Below, piece by piece: positions 31,482-40,738 of a stretch of 64,000 nt of DNA. How positions within the stretch are numbered: the first letter of the stretch is position 1; the number at the start of each line of letters is the position of its first letter. The stretch is from positions 8,736 to 72,735 of the forward strand of contig JAIZVZ010000008.1 of the NCBI GenBank assembly GCA_021768485.1, read 5' to 3'. The notes beneath the pieces are model-generated. The model was not told where the DNA came from and did no database searches. It saw nothing but the letters and a program-made list of their open reading frames with translations. A program made the position numbers and the translations under genes. The stretch comes from Oxalobacteraceae bacterium. GTDB lineage: Bacteria; Pseudomonadota; Gammaproteobacteria; Burkholderiales; Burkholderiaceae_D.

Positions 31482-32402
31482 TCAGTCGGCGCTGGTGTCG
31501 ATATCGGGTTCGAAAAAACACCATTTCGCTTGCGGCCAGCGTTGCTGCAAGCCGGCTTCGACGACATTGATGGCATCGATCAATGCCAGGTCCGAGGCCT
31601 GGCGCTGCATTTTTGCCTGCACCGCAATCATCCATTGCTCGCCCCATTGCAGCGTAATCAAGTGTAATACCGCCTCGACTTCGGGGCTCGCTTCGATTTG
31701 GGCGCGGATGGCGGCCACCGTTTCGGGCGCCAGCGATTCGCCGGTAATCATGGCCTTGACTTCGCGCATGATGAAGATGGCGACCATCATCAGCAGGACG
31801 CCGACCGCGATCGAACCGCAGGCATCCCATAAACCGTTTCCGGTGAGGACAGTCAGGCCGACGGCAACAAAGGCGATTGCCAGGCCGAGCAGGGCGGCGA
31901 TATCTTCGCCGGCCACCACCAGCAATTCCGATTGCCGCGTTTCGCGAAACCAGCGGTAGAGCGATTTACCTTGCGCGATTTTATTGATTTCACGCATGGC
32001 ACCATGCAATGAAAATGCCTCGAGCACGACCGACACGCCTAATACCAGCAAGGCCACCACGGGATTGCTGATCGTTTGCGGATGTTTGAAATGCTCGATG
32101 CCTTCGATGACCGAAAATGCGCCGCCCATGAAAAACAGCAGCAGCGCCACCATCATGGCCCAGAAATAGACGACACGGCCATAGCCCATCGGATGGGCGG
32201 CATCCGGCTGTTTCTTGGTTTCCCTGATGCCGATGAGCAGAAAGATTTGATTGGTGCAATCGGCCAGCGAATGGATGGCCTCGGCCAGCATGGCATTCGA
32301 GCCGGTGAACAGGGCCGCGCCGAATTTGGCCAGCGCGATCGCGCCGTTTGCCCCCAGGGCATAAAAAATGGCCTTCAATGAACCGTCGGATGAGGTGGAC
32401 AT
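31482..32402 (-). CDS. cation diffusion facilitator family transporter
   Basis: GSNAMLAEAIHSLADC, six transmembrane segments and a C-terminal cytoplasmic domain. I chose the ATG at 32402 (MSTSSDGSLKAIFYAL). Confidence 0.85.
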   Translation of the reverse strand: MSTSSDGSLKAIFYALGANGAIALAKFGAALFTGSNAMLAEAIHSLADCTNQIFLLIGIRETKKQPDAAHPMGYGRVVYFWAMMVALLLFFMGGAFSVIEGIEHFKHPQTISNPVVALLVLGVSVVLEAFSLHGAMREINKIAQGKSLYRWFRETRQSELLVVAGEDIAALLGLAIAFVAVGLTVLTGNGLWDACGSIAVGVLLMMVAIFIMREVKAMITGESLAPETVAAIRAQIEASPEVEAVLHLITLQWGEQWMIAVQAKMQRQASDLALIDAINVVEAGLQQRWPQAKWCFFEPDIDTSAD

Positions 32403-32706
32403 GGCGCTATGGATTCTATGGATGAGTTGAAGTTGCCACCTTACCGGCTTCATGCGAACGGCGCAAGCAAATGGAACTTTTGATAATGTCGCGCTTCTAA
32501 TTATTGCAATTTCTTGGAAGTATGTCCTCCGCACAGATGGGCCGGCTCTTGCAAAGCCATCGCCATTGTCAGTCGCAACAAGGCCGCAAGCGCAGTGCAA
32601 GGGCGTGGTCAGCAGCGAGTCAGCGAGGCGTCGAATGAGGCGTCAGGCATTAATGATGCGGCAATGTTAAGCCCCCAACTTATTGGCCGATTTGCCGGGC
32701 AGGCAG

Positions 32707-32790
32707 TTGGGCACACTGATTTGGATAAACTGGGTTGGACAAACTGAGTTGGACAAACTGAGTTGGACAAACCGATTTGGACAAACTAAA
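32707..32790 (+). repeat. 14-nt tandem array TTGGACAAACTGAG, 6 units, ending at the ribosome-binding site of the lipoprotein gene
   Basis: ttgggcacactgat / ttggataaactggg / ttggacaaactgag / ttggacaaactgag / ttggacaaaccgat / ttggacaaactaaa. Confidence 0.92.
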
Positions 32791-32800
32791 GGAGCTGATA

Positions 32801-33109
32801 ATGAACATAAGCAAATGGACCGCTGCCGCCCTGTGTGCGGGCGCGCTTGCCGGTTGCGCATCCGGGTCAAGTTCGTCGTATGACAACCCGTCGTCGACGA
32901 CCACACCGAGCGACACCATGCCGTCATCGGACTCCACCTCTTCGCCGTCGGCGACGAGTCCTTCGACTTCGAGTCCGTCAAACAATTCAAGCAATCCCTC
33001 GAGCACTTATCCAAGCAATCCATCGACCCCGTCCACGGTCAATCCAACGACTGTGCCGCCGCCAAATCCATCGAGCCCGCCGACGAGCTCGCCATTGCCA
33101 CCGCAGTGA
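32801..33109 (+). CDS. small Ser/Thr/Pro-rich lipoprotein predicted to be disordered
   Basis: AAGGAG lies 6 nt upstream of the ATG. Signal peptide and lipobox MNISKWTAAALCAGALAGC. The mature part is almost entirely S/T/P/N. Confidence 0.65.
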   Translation: MNISKWTAAALCAGALAGCASGSSSSYDNPSSTTTPSDTMPSSDSTSSPSATSPSTSSPSNNSSNPSSTYPSNPSTPSTVNPTTVPPPNPSSPPTSSPLPPQ

Positions 33110-33626
33110 TAGCGGCCGCCGGCATCCGCACGGCCGCCGGCGCTTGTTCGAGCGCGAGCAGAAACCGTTTGCGCTCGAGTCCGCCCGCATAGCCGGTCAA
33201 ATCGCCATTGCTGCCAATGACGCGGTGGCAGGGAACGATGATCGACAGCGGATTGCGGCCATTGGCGGCGCCGACTGCGCGTATCGCGCCGGGCTTGCCG
33301 ATCGCCTGCGCCAGTTGCCGGTAGCTGCTGGTCGCGCCATAGGCGATGGCGCCCAAGGCGCGCCATACCTGACGCTGAAATGGCGTGCCTTGCGGATCGA
33401 GCGCGAGATCGAAGGCCTGACGTTTGCCATCGAAATACTCGTCCAACTGTATTTTCGCCAGTGCCAGCCATGGCTGGTGGTCGGCAGCCGACCAATCCGC
33501 CGTCGCCGCGCTGCCGAGGCCGGCAAAGTGTCTGTGCCCGTCGAAATAGATGCCGGCCATGCCTGCCTCCGTCGCCGCCAGCAGCAGGGGGCCGAGCGGA
33601 CTGCGATGTCTGGTATAAAAAATCAT
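33039..33626 (-). CDS. ogt: methylated-DNA-[protein]-cysteine S-methyltransferase
   Basis: Active site IIVPCHRVIGSNG. The ATG at 33626 has AAGGAG 8 nt upstream. The longer ORF would overlap the ada-alkA gene. Confidence 0.88.
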   Translation of the reverse strand: MIFYTRHRSPLGPLLLAATEAGMAGIYFDGHRHFAGLGSAATADWSAADHQPWLALAKIQLDEYFDGKRQAFDLALDPQGTPFQRQVWRALGAIAYGATSSYRQLAQAIGKPGAIRAVGAANGRNPLSIIVPCHRVIGSNGDLTGYAGGLERKRFLLALEQAPAAVRMPAAAITAVAMASSSAGSMDLAAAQSLD

Positions 33627-33648
33627 GTGCATACTCCTTGCCCTGTCA

Positions 33649-35124
33649 TCAATCGGGTGTTTGCCACAGGGCGAGCGCCGCATAGCCGCGCCACGGCGAC
33701 CAGGCCTGCGCGCGCGCCGCCAATTGTTTTTCGCTGAGCCGCACGCCGTCTGCGGCGGCCGCTTTTTGCAAACCGAGGTCGCCGGCCGGAAAGGCGTCCG
33801 GAAAGCGCAGCGCCCGCAGCGCAATATAATGCGCAGTCCAGTCGCCGATGCCGCGCACCGTTTTCAATGAGGCGATGGCCTCGTCCAAGCCGGTGCCGGG
33901 GCGCAGGTCGAGATTGCCGTTTGCCGCAAATTGCGCCAGTCCGACGATGGTCGCGGCGCGCGCGGCCGGCATGCCAAGCTGCGCAATGGCGGCGATGTCG
34001 GCCTGCGCAAGGTGCGCGGCGTCGGGGAAATAATGCGTGAGCGTGCCGTCGCCATTGCCGCCGGCATCGAGCGGCGAACCAAAGCGCGCCACCAGGCGGG
34101 CGGCGATGGTGGTGGCGCCGGCGACCGATACCTGCTGGCCGAGTACGGCGCGCACAGCCAGTTCGAAGGCATCGAACGCGCCCGGCACGCGCAGTCCCGG
34201 CGCGGCGTCGACGATCGCTCGCAGCAAGCGATCGTGGCGCAGATGGGCATGAATGAGGCCAGGATTGGCGTCGAGATCGAACTGCTGGCGGACCCGCGCC
34301 AGCAAAGGCATCAGGACCGGTGTCAGGCTCGCCGGCAGTGCCAGCTTCAGTTGCGCGCGCGCGTCGTCATGCGTGATGCGCAGCACGCCGCGGCATGCAC
34401 CGAGCAGCACGCTGCGCGTATAGCCCGGTTCATCGAGGTCGATGCGTTCGACGCCGGCGATCGCACGCGGCGCCAGGTAGCGCAGCAGCCGCAGCCAGTC
34501 GAACGGCGGCCGGTAGGCCAGCCGCAGCACGATCGTTTCGTCTTTCGTCAGCGCACTGGCTCCCGCGCTGGCCGTACTGCGACGCAGCGCGCCCGGCGCC
34601 ATCCGGTAGCGCGCGGCGAACAAGCTGTTAAAACGGCGCACGCTGCCAAAACCGGCGGCGAAGGCGATCTCGCTCACCGTCAGCGGCGTTTCCTGCAATA
34701 GTTTTTTTGCAAACAGCAAGCGTTGGGTTTGCGCCAGCTCGATGGGCGTGACGCCGAACTGCTGCAGCAAGACGCGCCGCAGTTGGCGCGACGACAGGCC
34801 GGCCGCTTGTGCCAGCTGTTCCACATTGCCATGGTTGAGGGCGCCGGCGGCAATCCGCTGCCACAGCGCATGGGCGAGATTGGCTTGCACGGCATACGGT
34901 GCCAATTCCGGGCGGCAGCGCAGACAGGGGCGGAAACCGGCCGCTTCGGCGCTGGCGGCGCAATTGAAAAATACGCAGGAAGCGGCACGCGGGGTCTTGG
35001 CCGGGCATACAGGGCGGCAATAAATGCCGGTGCTCTTGACGCCGGTAAAAAACACGCCGTCGAAGCGCGGGTCGCGCGCTTGCAGGGCGGCATAGCAACT
35101 GGCGTGGGCGGGAGCGGTATCCAT
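33649..35124 (-). CDS. Ada N-terminal (Zn/methylphosphotriester) domain, AraC HTH and AlkA-type DNA-3-methyladenine glycosylase II fusion
   Basis: YCRPVCPAK...FRPCLRC Cys cluster, an AraC-type HTH (TVSEIAFAAGFGSVRRFNSLF), and HhH-GPD (VRGIGDWTAHYIALRAL). Confidence 0.88.
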   Translation of the reverse strand: MDTAPAHASCYAALQARDPRFDGVFFTGVKSTGIYCRPVCPAKTPRAASCVFFNCAASAEAAGFRPCLRCRPELAPYAVQANLAHALWQRIAAGALNHGNVEQLAQAAGLSSRQLRRVLLQQFGVTPIELAQTQRLLFAKKLLQETPLTVSEIAFAAGFGSVRRFNSLFAARYRMAPGALRRSTASAGASALTKDETIVLRLAYRPPFDWLRLLRYLAPRAIAGVERIDLDEPGYTRSVLLGACRGVLRITHDDARAQLKLALPASLTPVLMPLLARVRQQFDLDANPGLIHAHLRHDRLLRAIVDAAPGLRVPGAFDAFELAVRAVLGQQVSVAGATTIAARLVARFGSPLDAGGNGDGTLTHYFPDAAHLAQADIAAIAQLGMPAARAATIVGLAQFAANGNLDLRPGTGLDEAIASLKTVRGIGDWTAHYIALRALRFPDAFPAGDLGLQKAAAADGVRLSEKQLAARAQAWSPWRGYAALALWQTPD

Positions 35125-35156
35125 GACGCCAATATAAGCTGGCGCGCAGCTCCGGT

Positions 35157-35975
35157 CTAGCCGTTTTCGGACATCCTTGTCGGGCGAGGCGCGCCGGTGC
35201 GGCCGGAGATGCGGCGCCGGCGCAGCAACTGGCGCACGATGCCGGCCGAGTAATGGCTGGCCACGCGGCGCAGGAATTCATCGAAGGCGACATGGGCGCT
35301 GTCGTCGGCCCGATCCGAGACGGTGCGCAAGACGGCGCACGGCACGCCGTATTCATGGCAAATCTGCGCCACTGCCGCGCCTTCCATTTCGACGGCGAGC
35401 AGATCGGGCAGCAGCGCGCGCAGGCGCGCCACTTCGCTGGCGCTGCCGATGAACTGGTCGCCGCTGGCGATCAGCCCCTGATGGAGCGCCGGTTGCGCGA
35501 TGCCGAACGCGGCCAGTGTTTCGGCGCCGACCGCCGACAGCAGATTGTTGGCGAAAAACGCCTCGGCGGCGTGCAGCAGTTCGCGGGTCAAGGTGTCGTC
35601 GGTGGCAAAGCGTTCGATCCCGAGCAGCGGTACCTGATGGCGCGGAAACAGCGGCCGCGCATCGAGGTCGTGCTGGATCAGGCTGGTGGCGACGACCACA
35701 TCGCCGACGTGGGTCTGCGCAGCGACGCCGCCGGCCAATCCCGTAAATACGATGGCATTGACGCCGAATTCGCGGATCAGCGTCACCGTCGTGGCCGCGG
35801 CGGCGACCTTGCCGAGACGGGCCAGCACCACGACCACCGGCTGGCCGTCGATCTCGCCGGCATAATAGTCGCGCATGCCGATCCGGCGGCACTGGGCGCC
35901 GCTTGTTTCATGCTGCATCAGCGCGATCAGGTCGGCGATTTCATCATGCATTGCCGCCAGTATTCCTAGTGTCAT
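35157..35975 (-). CDS. mtnN: 5'-methylthioadenosine/S-adenosylhomocysteine nucleosidase family protein
   Basis: LGILAAMHDE, FTGLAGG, VEMEGAAVAQIC, RTVSDRAD. A basic C-terminal extension is present. Confidence 0.8.
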   Translation of the reverse strand: MTLGILAAMHDEIADLIALMQHETSGAQCRRIGMRDYYAGEIDGQPVVVVLARLGKVAAAATTVTLIREFGVNAIVFTGLAGGVAAQTHVGDVVVATSLIQHDLDARPLFPRHQVPLLGIERFATDDTLTRELLHAAEAFFANNLLSAVGAETLAAFGIAQPALHQGLIASGDQFIGSASEVARLRALLPDLLAVEMEGAAVAQICHEYGVPCAVLRTVSDRADDSAHVAFDEFLRRVASHYSAGIVRQLLRRRRISGRTGAPRPTRMSENG

Positions 35976-35993
35976 GCGCGAATCTTCCTTTGC

Positions 35994-38900
35994 TTATTTG
36001 TCTTCAATGTCGACCTTGACCAGATTATCGTCTGGTTTGCGATCGATCAGCTTGTTATCGGGATCGATGCCGGCCTTGGCCGGTACACCCTTGACCACCA
36101 TGGTCCAGCTGGCATCGGCTTTGTTCATCCATTTCCGCTCGCGCAGCAAGGGCAGGCCCTGGGCATCGTCGGCGCCGATCTCGATATAGTCGTGCAAGGG
36201 CATTTCCTTTTCGGCGCCGAGGTTTCCGGCGCGCACTTTACTGGCATGCGCCGTCAGCGTCAAGTCGTAGTTGCCGTCGGCCCGCTTTCTGGCGCTGGCC
36301 TTGAGCGCGCGATTTTCATACAGGACGATCGATTCGAACAAATCGTCGATCAGGTAGCGCATCGGTTCCGGCGTGGCCCGGCGCAGGGCGTCGACCAGCA
36401 CGGTGGCGCTCGGATACGGTGCGCCGCGGTAAGCGTCGCGCTGCAGCAGCTCGCGCAGCACGGCGTTGACGGTTTGCTCGCCTATCATGTCTTGCAGCTG
36501 ATACATGACCAGGCTGCCCTTGTTGTAATGGATGTACCCCTGGTTTTCGTTTTGCGCCAGCGGTAATTCCTGCTTGTTCTCCATGCTGCGGCCACGCAGA
36601 TACTGATCGAGTTCATAGCGCAGGAAGCGCCGCATCCTGGCCGGGCCGTAGGTCTGTTTCATGACCATCAGGGCTGAGTACTGCGCCAGCGTCTCGCTGA
36701 GCAGCGTCGCCCCGCGCGTGTCGCCGGCCACCAGCTGATGGGCCCACCATTGATGCGCCACCTCGTGCGCGGTCACATAAAACGGGAAGTTGACGTCTTT
36801 CGGGTCGTTGGCGTCGACCTTGGCGATAAAGCCCAGGCTTTCCGAATATGGAATCGTGTTCGGGAACGACTGCGCAAAGGCGGCATAACGCGGAAATTCG
36901 ACGATGCGCACTTGCCGGTGCTGGTAGGGGCTGAAATTTTTCGTATCGTAATCGAGCGAGGCCTTGACCCCTTGGATCATGGTGGCGAGATTGTATTCGT
37001 GGCCGGGCTGGTAATAAATATCGATTGCCACGCCGTGCCAGGCGTCGTGCCTGACGGCATAGCGGGCTGACTGGAAGGCATAGAAATTGAGAATCGGCTT
37101 ATCCATCGTGTAATGGAAATAGCTGCGCCCGTTGGCCTGCCATTGCCTGTCGAGGTAGCCGGGCGCCAGCGCGATCTGGTCGGCGCTGGTGCTGACGGTG
37201 GCATCGAAGGTGATCCAGTCGGCATCGTTGCTGATGTAATTGTTGGCCAGGCCTTTCGGATCGTCGCGCGCCGCCACCACCTCTTTCGGCAGGCCGTTTT
37301 TTTTGCGGTCGCGGTCGTCATGCAATTCGAACTGCTTCTGATAGCCGATCTGCGGCATCAGGCCGCTGTTGAAAAAGGTGCCGTTTTCGCGCACCGGCGT
37401 CTCTTCGCCGAGGCCGAAGATGCCTTTCGGCGCGAAGCTCAACGTGAAATCCATTTGCATCTTGTCGCCGGCCGCCAGCGGCTGTTGCAGGCGATAGCTG
37501 TAAAAGCCCGATTTCTTGTCGATGATGGCGCTGGTGGTGGGCCGCGAAAACAGCACGCTGCTGCTGTTCGGGTCTTCGCTCAGCTGGATATACAGTTCGC
37601 GGATCGCCGCGCCGCTGCGGTTTTCGAGCTGGTAGTGGCCCTTGATGACGGCGCTGCGCGCGGCCGGATCGAGGTCGACCGCCAGTTTGACGTCGGTGAT
37701 GCGCGGCTGCGCCACGCCCTCATATTGCTTGTAGCGGCGCTCGTATTGCGCGCGCAATTCCTGTTTTGTCGAGGTGCTCTGGTAATCGTTGAGAATATTC
37801 ATGTTGTAGAACACGATCGCGCCGGCGCCGCAAAACACGAGCAGGCCGCCGCCCAGCGTTGCCAGCACGCCGCTGCTCAGGCGCCGCCGCGCCACCTGCC
37901 AGCGTGTGCGCCAGTCGGCATTCGTGCCGCGCGCCCACATTATCAGCGACAGCGCCACCAGCATCAGCGCCGCCCCGCTCCAGTAGATATCGAGCCAGGT
38001 TTCGCGCGCCAGATAATGCCCGTAGCCGTTCATGTCCGAATAGATGAAACCGGGCGTCGAACCGTATACCAGAAGCGGATGTTCGAGGCCGATCGAACTG
38101 GCGGCGATGCTGATGACGTAGTACACAATCATCGCAAAATAGGCCAGGTATTTTTGATTGATTAATACTTGCAAGGCGATTGCCAGGACGGCCAGCAGGG
38201 CATAGCTCGGCAGCTGGATCAGCAGCAGCTGTTGCGCATAGAGCAGCGGTTCCAGATGCGTATAGCCTTTGGCCAGCTGGATCGTCATGCCGCAGGCCAT
38301 GACGACCAGCAGCAACAGGGCCTGGATGATAATCAGGGAAAATAATTTGGCCAGCAAAGGCAGCCAGACCGGCGTCGGCAGCGCATCGAGCATCAGCGCA
38401 ATGCCGGCTTCGCGCTCGCGCCAGACCAGTTCGCCGGCATAGAAGGTGGTGATGATCAGCATGAATAGCGCAAAGCCGCCGCTGACCAGTTCCAGCACCT
38501 GATAGGTGACCGGATAGGTATTGGTGCCGTACATCTTGCCGAGCGAAGCGGCCATCGCGAACATGAACAGCACGCCGGCCAGCACGATGACAAAGAAATA
38601 AATGTTTTTTGCCGTCTCGCGCACATTGAGCCAGGTGGTGCGCAGCAGCAGCCGGCTCATGCCGGCGCGCGAAAATTGCGGCGCATAGCGCGGCGCGACA
38701 ACGGCGGCCGCGGTGTCGGCCGCAGTGCCGGCCCGGGCGCCGCGCGGCTTGTCGCCGCCGCCGTTGAAGGCCGCCGTAAAGCGGAAGCGCCAGTAGCCGA
38801 TGCACAGCACGATGACGCCGATGCTGCACCAGAGGATGCGGTTGAGCAGATAGACGCCGGTAAATGGAATCGGCCGCACATTTTTGTCGGCGATGGTCCA

Positions 38901-39575
38901 GTATTCGGTCAGGCGCGCAATGGCGCGTGAACCGAAGGGATCGATCAGCGCTGCCAGCGTCTTGTTGTCGATATCGCGCGAGAGCGGGCCGGCGATCAGA
39001 TAGCCGATCAGCAGCACCACGCTGGCGACATAGACCGGCAGCATGCGTCGCGTCAGCGCGGCGAGCACGAAGAAAATCGCGCCGAAAATGAACAGATTGG
39101 GCAGCAGATTGAACAGATAGGGCAGCAGATAGCTCGAGAGCGTGGCCTGGCCGAGGCGCTCGGCGTCGATGCCGGGCAATAGCGCGCCGAGCCAGGCGCC
39201 GAGCCCGATGCTCGAGAAAATCGCCAGCAGCGCCAGATAGGCGCCGAGGAAGCGGCCGAACAGGTATTGGCGCTTGCTGATCGGGGTGCTGTAAAAGAAG
39301 TGGTGCATGCCGTATTCGAAATCCTGCTGCACCGAACGGCCCATCATGGCCGCCACTTCGACCACGCCCAGATAGCCGAGCGTGGTAATCGTTATCGCCA
39401 GTGCGAATGGCGAATTGATGAAGATTTTGCTGCCGAAAGAAATATTGGCATCCTTGAACAGGCCGCCGGCGGCGGCCATCCACAACATGGCCAGGATGAA
39501 GAACATGCCGAAATAGACATAGGTCGACAGCATTTTCAGGCGCTGGCGCAGCTCGAAGCGAGCGATGGCGATCAT
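35994..39575 (-). CDS. ABC-2 type permease (about 13 hydrophobic helices) fused to a C-terminal M1-family (gluzincin) metallopeptidase domain
   Basis: 1193 aa. The N-terminal ~620 aa is polytopic. The C-terminal part has HEVAHQWW...LLSETLAQY (HExxH followed by Glu) and [14 protein letters not shown]. Confidence 0.85.
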   Translation of the reverse strand: MIAIARFELRQRLKMLSTYVYFGMFFILAMLWMAAAGGLFKDANISFGSKIFINSPFALAITITTLGYLGVVEVAAMMGRSVQQDFEYGMHHFFYSTPISKRQYLFGRFLGAYLALLAIFSSIGLGAWLGALLPGIDAERLGQATLSSYLLPYLFNLLPNLFIFGAIFFVLAALTRRMLPVYVASVVLLIGYLIAGPLSRDIDNKTLAALIDPFGSRAIARLTEYWTIADKNVRPIPFTGVYLLNRILWCSIGVIVLCIGYWRFRFTAAFNGGGDKPRGARAGTAADTAAAVVAPRYAPQFSRAGMSRLLLRTTWLNVRETAKNIYFFVIVLAGVLFMFAMAASLGKMYGTNTYPVTYQVLELVSGGFALFMLIITTFYAGELVWREREAGIALMLDALPTPVWLPLLAKLFSLIIIQALLLLVVMACGMTIQLAKGYTHLEPLLYAQQLLLIQLPSYALLAVLAIALQVLINQKYLAYFAMIVYYVISIAASSIGLEHPLLVYGSTPGFIYSDMNGYGHYLARETWLDIYWSGAALMLVALSLIMWARGTNADWRTRWQVARRRLSSGVLATLGGGLLVFCGAGAIVFYNMNILNDYQSTSTKQELRAQYERRYKQYEGVAQPRITDVKLAVDLDPAARSAVIKGHYQLENRSGAAIRELYIQLSEDPNSSSVLFSRPTTSAIIDKKSGFYSYRLQQPLAAGDKMQMDFTLSFAPKGIFGLGEETPVRENGTFFNSGLMPQIGYQKQFELHDDRDRKKNGLPKEVVAARDDPKGLANNYISNDADWITFDATVSTSADQIALAPGYLDRQWQANGRSYFHYTMDKPILNFYAFQSARYAVRHDAWHGVAIDIYYQPGHEYNLATMIQGVKASLDYDTKNFSPYQHRQVRIVEFPRYAAFAQSFPNTIPYSESLGFIAKVDANDPKDVNFPFYVTAHEVAHQWWAHQLVAGDTRGATLLSETLAQYSALMVMKQTYGPARMRRFLRYELDQYLRGRSMENKQELPLAQNENQGYIHYNKGSLVMYQLQDMIGEQTVNAVLRELLQRDAYRGAPYPSATVLVDALRRATPEPMRYLIDDLFESIVLYENRALKASARKRADGNYDLTLTAHASKVRAGNLGAEKEMPLHDYIEIGADDAQGLPLLRERKWMNKADASWTMVVKGVPAKAGIDPDNKLIDRKPDDNLVKVDIEDK

Positions 39576-39584
39576 GGCATTCCT

Positions 39585-40484
39585 TTACGCGAGGACGGCG
39601 GCCGGGCGGCGCGTGTCGCAACCGGCAATGGCCGCAAAATAGACGTCTTCGAGGTCGCCTGCCACCGGCTCGAAGCCGTCGCCGGGATGCTCGTCGCTAT
39701 AGACGTGAATCCGGGTGCGGCCGGCCAGCAGGCGGGTCGAGATCACGCTATGTTTTTGTCCGTACGCCGGCAGCTCGCTCTTGGCGATGAAGCGTGCCCA
39801 GATCTTGCCCTGGATTGCCGCCACCTGCTGCATTGGTTCGCCGGTCAGCAGCAACTGGCCCTGGTTGATGACGGCCATTTGCGAACAGAGGTCGGCGACG
39901 TCGCTGACGATATGGGTCGACAGGATGACGATCTTATCGTCGCCGATGTCGGACAGCAGGTTGTGAAAGCGGACCCGTTCTTCGGGATCGAGGCCGGCCG
40001 TCGGTTCGTCGACGATGATCAGCTTGGGGTCGCCCAGCAGCGCCTGGGCGATGCCGAAGCGCTGCCGCATGCCGCCCGAAAAGCCGCCGAGCTGCTTGTT
40101 GCGCACATCGTAGAGATTGGTCTGGTGCAGCAGGCCCAGCACCACTTCCTTGCGGCGGCGCTTGTCGCTCAAGCCCTTCAGTACGGCGAAATGGTCGAGC
40201 AATTCGTAAGGACTGACTTTCGGATACAGACCGAAATCTTGCGGCAGATAACCGAGCATGCGGCGCACCGCGTCTTTTTCGTCGAGCACATCGAGTTCAC
40301 CAAGAAACACCGAGCCGCTATCTGCTTCCTGCAAGGTCGCCAGCGTGCGCATCAAGGTCGATTTGCCGGCGCCATTGGGACCGAGCAAGCCGAACATCCC
40401 GGCCGGAATGGTCAGCGAAATATTTTTTAATGCCTCGACACCGTTGGCATAGGTCTTGGACAGATTGCTGATGCTTAATTTCAT
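39585..40484 (-). CDS. ABC transporter ATP-binding protein, partner of the permease-peptidase
   Basis: Walker A GPNGAGKST, signature SGGMRQRFGIAQA, Walker B IIVDEPTAG. I chose the ATG at 40484 (MKLSISNLSKTY). Its stop is 9 nt before the next start. Confidence 0.88.
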   Translation of the reverse strand: MKLSISNLSKTYANGVEALKNISLTIPAGMFGLLGPNGAGKSTLMRTLATLQEADSGSVFLGELDVLDEKDAVRRMLGYLPQDFGLYPKVSPYELLDHFAVLKGLSDKRRRKEVVLGLLHQTNLYDVRNKQLGGFSGGMRQRFGIAQALLGDPKLIIVDEPTAGLDPEERVRFHNLLSDIGDDKIVILSTHIVSDVADLCSQMAVINQGQLLLTGEPMQQVAAIQGKIWARFIAKSELPAYGQKHSVISTRLLAGRTRIHVYSDEHPGDGFEPVAGDLEDVYFAAIAGCDTRRPAAVLA

Positions 40485-40738
40485 GTACCGCTCCTGATGT
40501 ATGGGCGAATTTCTTGGTGGAAATATGCCATGCTTGCATGTTCTCACTGTAGCGCGCGCGACGGCGCTGCGCGCGCGCTGTGCGACAGGGTGCATTATTG
40601 CTGGTGCAGAATGCAAATTGTTGCGTTGAAAAGCCGTGCCGCACGCTCGCGTCGCTATTGATCATGGTTAAATTTGCATTGTGAAGAGTGGATCTACAAT
40701 ACCGATTTGTTGTTTCTTTACTTTAAATTTCCTGGGTT

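Noticed and set aside
16037-32790. Tandem repeat arrays considered as CRISPR arrays
   Set aside because: The units are 11-14 nt and directly adjacent, with no unique spacers, and no cas genes are present. They are simple tandem repeats.
37720-39621. 633-aa alternative-frame ORF on the same strand as the permease-peptidase gene
   Set aside because: It is in a different frame of the same strand. Its composition is Arg/Ala/Pro-rich, whereas the 35994-39575 frame gives coherent transmembrane helices and M1 motifs.
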